The position numbers and the translations under genes are program-made. 42,433 bases of DNA from Methanocella sp. GTDB taxonomy: Archaea > Thermoproteota > Bathyarchaeia > Bathyarchaeales > Bathycorpusculaceae. The notes below the pieces were generated by a model. That model was given only the letters and a program-made list of their open reading frames with translations, did no database searches and had not been told where the DNA came from. Positions 36,862-42,433 of this stretch are shown in pieces. The DNA lies in assembly GCA_050261115.1 (NCBI GenBank), contig JBLNCY010000043.1, positions 1-42,433 of the forward strand, read 5' to 3'. Position 1 is the stretch's first letter. Each line of letters begins with the position of its first letter.

Positions 36862-37152
36862 CTATCGCTTCAACGTGATTTCGATAGTGCTTACGTTGGT
36901 GCCGCCCTGTGACCCTTCCTCTTGATCCATCGGTAGGAACTGATCGGTGCCGATGCCTATACTTTTAATCTTTACATCGGGAAGGAATCTGTGTCTAACT
37001 ACTTCAGCGACGTCTATGGCTCGGCTGATGGATCGGCCGCGGGCTTTAATTTTTACTTCTTTGGCGCCGGCATGGAAGAAGGTGATGCAAGCAAGGACAT
37101 AATTCATGGTGGGCTTTTTTCCGATGAGCACTGCGTTGGTAGCTTCAGTCAC
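36862..37152 (-). CDS. albA: Chromatin protein Alba
   Basis: [33 protein letters not shown]. Confidence 0.96.
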   Translation of the reverse strand: MTEATNAVLIGKKPTMNYVLACITFFHAGAKEVKIKARGRSISRAIDVAEVVRHRFLPDVKIKSIGIGTDQFLPMDQEEGSQGGTNVSTIEITLKR

Positions 37153-37376
37153 GAGTCCGCTTCACTCCTAGTTTACTTTTAAGTGGCTTCATTACCTTTT
37201 TTTCTGCATAAATACATTGTGGTGAAGGTCTGCGGTTATTTTCACAGTAAATCTGAACATACCGCCCGGGCGTACTGCAAGTTTTGGTGTGCTAAAAAGT
37301 TAGTGGGCGGCGATGCGTGCGGCATTAAATCTATAAGGCGGCACATTATTGTAAAGGTTTAACTTAACATAGATAT

Positions 37377-37844
37377 GTGACCACTTTGGAACCATTAACT
37401 AAAAGGTCAATCCAACTGCTCAAAACACTCTACGAAAAGGGCAAATCCACAAACACCTATACGCTGCGGGTAAAACAAGATGAGCTCTCAAGCCAACTCG
37501 GCGTCAGCCGCCAAGCACTAAACGTGCACCTACGGAAACTTAAAAGCCGCGGCTACATCCGCACAGGCCGAGGCTTCATAGACGTCACCGAAAAAGGTCT
37601 ATCCGCGCTTGGTGTCTCAACCACGCCGGCGTTTATTTTGCTCAAGATTTCACCCATGAAACGCATCCAGGTATATGAGAAAATTCACCAGTTAGCGGTT
37701 TCCCGTGCGTTTCGCATTGCCGGCGAAGTGGATGCCTTGCTTATTGTGGAGCGTGAACACCTCGATGAAGTTCTTAAGCAGCTCTACAGCATTGATGGCA
37801 TCGAAGATACCCGTAGCTACGTCACCATCGAGGTCATGAAGTAA
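37377..37844 (+). CDS. Lrp/AsnC-like winged-helix regulator
   Basis: LGVSRQALNVHLRKL HTH; C-terminal RAM-like domain (IDGIEDTRSYV). Confidence 0.85.
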   Translation: MTTLEPLTKRSIQLLKTLYEKGKSTNTYTLRVKQDELSSQLGVSRQALNVHLRKLKSRGYIRTGRGFIDVTEKGLSALGVSTTPAFILLKISPMKRIQVYEKIHQLAVSRAFRIAGEVDALLIVEREHLDEVLKQLYSIDGIEDTRSYVTIEVMK

Positions 37845-37931
37845 ACATCAGGTTCGATTAGAGGCAGATAGGACAAAAGGTATATTTGAGACTCTACAAT
37901 CAATTAGCCAAAACAGAAGGTTAACAATACA

Positions 37932-38093
37932 ATGCCGATATTAGATCCAGTCAAGAAAACCATAGCGCAGAAAGCTCGCTTATACCTGAAAATCTGCAGA
38001 GACTGCGGTGCACGTAACGCTGAGACCGCGCTGAAGTGCAGAAAATGCAAGGGCAAGAACCTGCGCTGGAAGAAACGAGAAATCGTAAAGTAA
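37932..38093 (+). CDS. rpl40e: 50S ribosomal protein L40e (absent from the ORF track)
   Basis: MPILDPVKKTIAQKARLYLKICRDCGARNAETALKCRKCKGKNLRWKKREIVK. Confidence 0.95.
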   Translation: MPILDPVKKTIAQKARLYLKICRDCGARNAETALKCRKCKGKNLRWKKREIVK

Positions 38094-38217
38094 CAGCCTC
38101 TTTTTCTTCATTTAATTGTAAACTATTTTTTGGCTTCTTTAGGTTTTAATCCGCTTGTTTGCCCTTTGAAAACAGTTATATTCGGCGCTCTCCAGAAACC
38201 TTAGTAGAGGATTTTTA

Positions 38218-38502
38218 ATGCAATTCCAAAAGGTACCGGGAAAAAACAATAACCATAAAGTAGCCCTTTTCGCGCTCAGCACATGTGCATGGTGCAAACT
38301 AACCAAGCAATATCTACAAGACAATGATGTGGCCTATGAATACGTCGACGTAGACCTCCTAGATCCGCAGGAAAAGGCTAAAGCCCATGAAGCCATCCAG
38401 AGCAAAGGCGGCGCCCTCATGTACCCAACTACTATAATAGATGATAAAACCCTCATCTCGGGCTTCCGCAAAGACCAACTTAAAGAGGCACTCGGCCTTT
38501 GA
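38218..38502 (+). CDS. Glutaredoxin (NrdH-like)
   Basis: LSTCAWCK, YPT, GF. Confidence 0.9.
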   Translation: MQFQKVPGKNNNHKVALFALSTCAWCKLTKQYLQDNDVAYEYVDVDLLDPQEKAKAHEAIQSKGGALMYPTTIIDDKTLISGFRKDQLKEALGL

Positions 38503-39050
38503 CCGCCCTAACCCTTGAGCAGACACGTAAACGAGCTGAAGCCGACGCCAAAACCTACGGCTACTACCTCACTCCGCAGCCAGAACTGCTCCAGTTGCTT
38601 CTTGAAGGACTAAAAACTAACGAGGAACGCTATGGCTACCCCCTATGCCCCTGCCGCCTAGGAACCGGCAATCTGGAGATTGACCGAGACATCATCTGCC
38701 CCTGTGACTACCGAGACCCCGACGTAGCCCAATACGGCGCCTGCTACTGCCGCCTCTATGTCACCAAAGCCGTCTTTGAGAGCCAAAACCTCCCCGAAGT
38801 GCCCGAACGGCGACCCCTCGAGAAGCAACAACGCGCCTACGGCCAACCCACAACAACCCAACCCTCCGAGGGTGCCCAGCAAGCAACCACGCCTCCACCA
38901 GCCAAAACTGAGGTGAAGAAGAAGCTTTGGTACTGCAAGCAGTGTGGTTATGTGGTCTACCGCGAGGATCCGCCGTATGTGTGTCCGATTTGTAAGGCTA
39001 AGCGGGAGATGTTTGCAGAGATAGATGCAAAGGTGGAGTTCAACGGGTAG
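38499..39050 (+). CDS. Ferredoxin:thioredoxin reductase catalytic-type domain fused to rubredoxin-like domain
   Basis: CPCR, ICPC, CYC motifs; C-terminal WYCKQCG...CPIC. Confidence 0.9.
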   Translation: MTALTLEQTRKRAEADAKTYGYYLTPQPELLQLLLEGLKTNEERYGYPLCPCRLGTGNLEIDRDIICPCDYRDPDVAQYGACYCRLYVTKAVFESQNLPEVPERRPLEKQQRAYGQPTTTQPSEGAQQATTPPPAKTEVKKKLWYCKQCGYVVYREDPPYVCPICKAKREMFAEIDAKVEFNG

Positions 39051-39200
39051 TTAGCGTTCAATTTTTATTTCGATGCTTTTCCATTTCTCGCTGACACCAT
39101 GCAGGGTGGTTACTGCACCCGAAAGGGTACCAGCGAGAAAGTTTGCTACGAAATCGTTTATTGGGATTTCTTTTCCGTCTACTGCGAGCTTAACAGCCAT
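39051..39200 (-). CDS. 49-aa small protein (absent from the ORF track)
   Basis: MAVKLAVDGKEIPINDFVANFLAGTLSGAVTTLHGVSEKWKSIEIKIER; resembles MobB C-terminal-like small domains. Confidence 0.65.
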   Translation of the reverse strand: MAVKLAVDGKEIPINDFVANFLAGTLSGAVTTLHGVSEKWKSIEIKIER

Positions 39201-39246
39201 ACGTTAACCCAGCAAGTTTAGGGCGGGGCTGGGCAAAAAAGGTTGC

Positions 39247-39837
39247 TTAGGTTCTGCTGGCACCGGAAGGTTTGATGATGACCCGTAGCTTGGTTAGGTT
39301 CTCTTTAACCTCTACTTTAGCACCCATAGCTGCAAAGTACTCCTCAAGGAACACTCGTATGAAATCCTTGGAAACCTCTGAGACCAAAACGAGTGTGAAG
39401 TCATTGGGACCATTTTTTATGAGGCGGTAAAAGTTGCAGGCTTCCAGGCGGACCAGCATGTCCTCGGTGGAGTGTACTTTGGTTTTTAGTTGCTCCCAGT
39501 GTGCCCGTGCGAGTTCGCGGTGTTCTTTCCAGAACTGCTCCTTTTCGGGGGAGGATTGGATGAGGCGCAGAAACATTAGCCAATGATCTACGTCGACGAT
39601 TATGTGTTCTCCGCTTAGCAGCATGTCGAGGTAGGCGTTGGTTTTCTTTTTGTTTGCGGGGTCTTCGAGGGCTTTGTTTTGGCTGTAGAATTTGAGGGCT
39701 CGGCGCATGGTTTCGCTTTGGGAGACGCCGTTTTCGGTGCTTATTTTTTCTAATAGTTCGGCGGTTGGTTTGTCGAATGCTACGGTTACTCGTGTGGGGT
39801 TAGGCATTTTTCCACTTAGCAGTTTTTTAACAATCAT
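39247..39837 (-). CDS. Ribbon-helix-helix (CopG) domain regulator
   Basis: RVTVAFD...LLEKI...SQSETMRRAL. Confidence 0.8.
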   Translation of the reverse strand: MIVKKLLSGKMPNPTRVTVAFDKPTAELLEKISTENGVSQSETMRRALKFYSQNKALEDPANKKKTNAYLDMLLSGEHIIVDVDHWLMFLRLIQSSPEKEQFWKEHRELARAHWEQLKTKVHSTEDMLVRLEACNFYRLIKNGPNDFTLVLVSEVSKDFIRVFLEEYFAAMGAKVEVKENLTKLRVIIKPSGASRT

Positions 39838-40009
39838 TCAGGTAAACGCATTTTATATAAACATTACCAAAGCATTTCTACCTAACTACAAGACATTCTT
39901 AGAGCATTAATGGATAAGTCTGTGCAACCATAAACAGAAGCCGCGACGGGTAAAGCAAAAACCCTTTAACCCACTCCCAACCTAAACAAACACACGCGAG
40001 AAAACCGCC

Positions 40010-40669
40010 ATGAAAACCCCCGCAATCCCCCTACCGCCCAAACAAAGAGCCGCACAAACCATAGAACTTCTCTCCAACCTCTACCCCGACGCCAAAACCG
40101 CCCTCAACTACACCAACCCCCTTGAACTCCTCGTCGCCACCATGCTCTCCGCACAAACAACCGATGCACAGGTCAACAAAGTCACCCAAACCCTCTTCAA
40201 AAAATACAAAACCGCCAAAGACTACGCCACCGCCCCCCTAGCCCAGCTCGAAGAAGACATCCACTCAACCGGCTTCTACCGCAACAAAGCCAAAAACCTC
40301 AAAGCCTGCGCCCAAATGCTCCTTGACCGATTCCACGGCGAAGTCCCCCAAACCATGGAGGAACTAATCCAGCTACCGGGGGTGGCAAGAAAAACCGCCA
40401 ACATCGTACTCTACTTCGCTTTCGGCATAACTGCGGGGGTAGCGGTTGACACCCATGTCATGAGGCTTTCGCAGCGGCTGGGCTTAACAGCCGAGAAAGA
40501 TCAGGATAAAATCGAGCGCGACCTTATGGCGCTGCTACCCAAAGAGCAGTGGATGCCGCTGACGAATCTGCTGATTTTACATGGTAGGCTAGTTTGTACG
40601 GCAAAAAAGCCCCGCTGTGACATCTGTGTGCTAAACAAGATTTGCCCCTCCGCCTTCACCTTCGGCTAA
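40010..40669 (+). CDS. nth: Endonuclease III
   Basis: LSAQTTD, HhH LPGVARKTAN, VDTHV, C-X6-C-X2-C-X5-C. Confidence 0.96.
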   Translation: MKTPAIPLPPKQRAAQTIELLSNLYPDAKTALNYTNPLELLVATMLSAQTTDAQVNKVTQTLFKKYKTAKDYATAPLAQLEEDIHSTGFYRNKAKNLKACAQMLLDRFHGEVPQTMEELIQLPGVARKTANIVLYFAFGITAGVAVDTHVMRLSQRLGLTAEKDQDKIERDLMALLPKEQWMPLTNLLILHGRLVCTAKKPRCDICVLNKICPSAFTFG

Positions 40670-40716
40670 CAGTAGCCATTTATAGCTCCGCCGGCTAACT
40701 CTTTGTAGGGATAATT

Positions 40717-41199
40717 TTGGTCAATGTTAATGTTGGAGATAAAGCACCAGATTTCACTTTACCAGACACCAACCTGAAATATAGGAATTTGCACGAGTTT
40801 CTAAATCAAGGCAAAAAAGTTGTATTGGCGTTTTTTGTGAGCGCTTTTACGGAAACCTGCACAAAGGAAGTATGCGAGTTTAGGGATTCTATGGCAAGGC
40901 TTACGGATTTACAGGCCCAAGTTATAGGCATAAGCATCAATGACCCCTTCTCCAACAAGGCGTTTGCTGAGAAAAATCGCCTGCCCATCCCCGTCCTGAG
41001 CGACTACAACAGAGAAGTCACCCACCAATATGGCTTAGAGATGGAAAATTACGCTGGACTACCAGGATACACTGTGGCAAAACGCTCCATCTTCATCCTT
41101 GACTCGCAGGGCATTATACGGTTCATGTGGGTTTCAGACGACCCCGCTGTGGAACCGAACTATAGCCAAATAGAGCAAGCACTAAAACAAATCCCCTAA
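40717..41199 (+). CDS. Peroxiredoxin (AhpC/BCP-like)
   Basis: GDKAPDFTL, FTETCTKEVC, LSDYN, KRSIFILD. Confidence 0.9.
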   Translation: MVNVNVGDKAPDFTLPDTNLKYRNLHEFLNQGKKVVLAFFVSAFTETCTKEVCEFRDSMARLTDLQAQVIGISINDPFSNKAFAEKNRLPIPVLSDYNREVTHQYGLEMENYAGLPGYTVAKRSIFILDSQGIIRFMWVSDDPAVEPNYSQIEQALKQIP

Positions 41200-41811
41200 T
41201 CCCACTCTATTTTTGTGCATAAGGACCGTGTAGAAGTAGCGAATCACTCCGTCGCCCTCGAGCGAGGGGTAATGCTGGAACTCGCCAAACCCAAAGTAAT
41301 CGCCAAACAGGTCTATGAGTTGTTGCTTGGTAAAGTGGTTCCAGCGTGAACCGTTTTGGTAGCTAAAGCAGGTTAACATGTAGGCGCCCTGCGGTTTTAA
41401 GACGCGATGTACACCCGCTATGAAAGCCGCCCGCTCCTTCACGGCAACATGGTGAAAGCAACCCATATCCCAAACAAAATCAAACACCGAATCACAAAAG
41501 GACAAGTCAATAAAGCTTCCAACCAAGAAATCAATGCTGGCGCCGACGGTTTGGGCTTTTTGTTTGGCGATAGTGATGGCTGTTTTGGAGATGTCGATTC
41601 CGGTCACTTCCAGATGGTTCTGTGCTAGGTAGGTTGTGTTGGTGCCTGCGCCACAGCAGGTATCAAGCGCCCGACCACTCGGCAGAAGCCCCTTTTTCAT
41701 GTACTCGACAAGTATGGGGCGAGGTTTACCCAGCTCCCAACCCAACTCTTCAAGAGGATAAGCCCTATAAATCCTGTCCCACTCAGAGTAATTACCCATA
41801 AAAGACGCCAC
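41182..41811 (-). CDS. Class I SAM-dependent methyltransferase
   Basis: ALDTCCGAG, GIDIS, DMGCFH, LKPQG. Confidence 0.88.
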   Translation of the reverse strand: MASFMGNYSEWDRIYRAYPLEELGWELGKPRPILVEYMKKGLLPSGRALDTCCGAGTNTTYLAQNHLEVTGIDISKTAITIAKQKAQTVGASIDFLVGSFIDLSFCDSVFDFVWDMGCFHHVAVKERAAFIAGVHRVLKPQGAYMLTCFSYQNGSRWNHFTKQQLIDLFGDYFGFGEFQHYPSLEGDGVIRYFYTVLMHKNRVGLGDLF

Positions 41812-41925
41812 TAAACTTAGGTGCTTACCGAGATTTAACTGTTTGATGCACCGGTGTCAGGGTTAACAGGTTTGCGCTAGTCATGGCATTAAACAAGTAA
41901 ACTTTATACATTTGCCAAACCCAAA

Positions 41926-42433
41926 ATGCATACAATGCAAAACATAGATAAACAAATCACGGTGCTGCTTGCTTTAGTTCTTTTAACAGCATCATGGACA
42001 GCAATGCTTCTCCCTGCCAACGCCGAGGACAGAACAATTATTGTCCCTGATAACTATCAAACAATTTCTGAAGCTATCAAAAATGCGAATGCAGGCGACA
42101 CCGTATTTGTAAAGAGCGGAACATATGAAGAAAAACAGTTGACCATAAACAAGCCACTATCGATAGTTGGCGAAAATAGAGAAACAACGGTAATTAATCT
42201 ATATCCTCAGCTTCACAAGACCGAACCAAATGTTATCGGTCAGTATTGGTCTTATTTCGATGATTCAATAGTTGTTAAAGCTGACGATTTTACTCTCCAA
42301 GGCTTCTCAATCAATGCGCCTGAAGTAGGCGACAAGGCTGGCGGTGCTATTTCTATAATTGGAAACAATACGCAAAGGCAATGTCATAGGTGTCGCTGTG
42401 GGAATTACGGGTTCTCGTTCTAATGTCGCGGAG
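41926..42433 (+). CDS. Secreted NosD-like beta-helix protein, apparently frameshifted near 42375, runs off the window
   Basis: Signal peptide, VPDNYQTISEAI..A..GDTVFVKSGTYEE; beta-helix-like GNVIGVAVGITGSRSNVAE continues in another frame. Confidence 0.7.

Noticed and set aside
37350-37369. TGTAAAG-N6-CTTAACA palindrome before the Lrp-like gene
   Set aside because: Plausibly an ordinary autoregulatory operator; single copy and too short to support.
14420-41628. Many alternative-frame and antisense ORFs in the track (e.g. 14420-14851, 25194-25610, 29464-29967, 35825-36250)
   Set aside because: They overlap well-supported genes almost entirely and lack motifs; treated as shadow ORFs.
1-42433. 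CRISPR array, cas genes or rRNA
   Set aside because: No regularly spaced repeats, cas motifs or rRNA-like sequence seen.

Overview
Archaeal chromosome fragment, most likely Bathyarchaeia (TACK). This is inferred from TFB, Alba, Gar1, L7Ae/S28e/L24e/L40e, an eL22-like protein and the integrase types. The left third (1-14.3 kb) is an accessory hotspot built around two divergent tRNA genes. (i) The right end of a probably defective head-tail provirus (terS-like gene, terL, an ABC-ATPase/GNAT fusion, a holin-like gene, AT-rich cargo and a tyrosine integrase) abuts the 3' end of tRNA-Leu(TAG). The cargo includes an inverted duplicated wHTH + beta-helix module with two copies of a 29-bp palindrome. 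The integrase is followed by a 53-aa mini-protein that resembles only its catalytic tail. (ii) A complete 2.63-kb SSV1-type integrative element sits in tRNA-Thr(GGT), bounded by a perfect 47-bp att repeat and carrying one membrane-anchored surface protein. A decayed vapBC pair follows it. The rest is mostly core genome: a glycosylation operon, GH3-like protein, R15P isomerase, DNA ligase, ribosomal proteins, TFB, aspS, redox genes and nth. It also holds two copies of an unexplained 156-bp repeat, each starting just after a stop codon, and a strongly base-paired leader ahead of a 41-aa Cys-rich ORF. No CRISPR array, rRNA or reverse transcriptase was seen. All calls come from reading motifs by eye; no database search was run.
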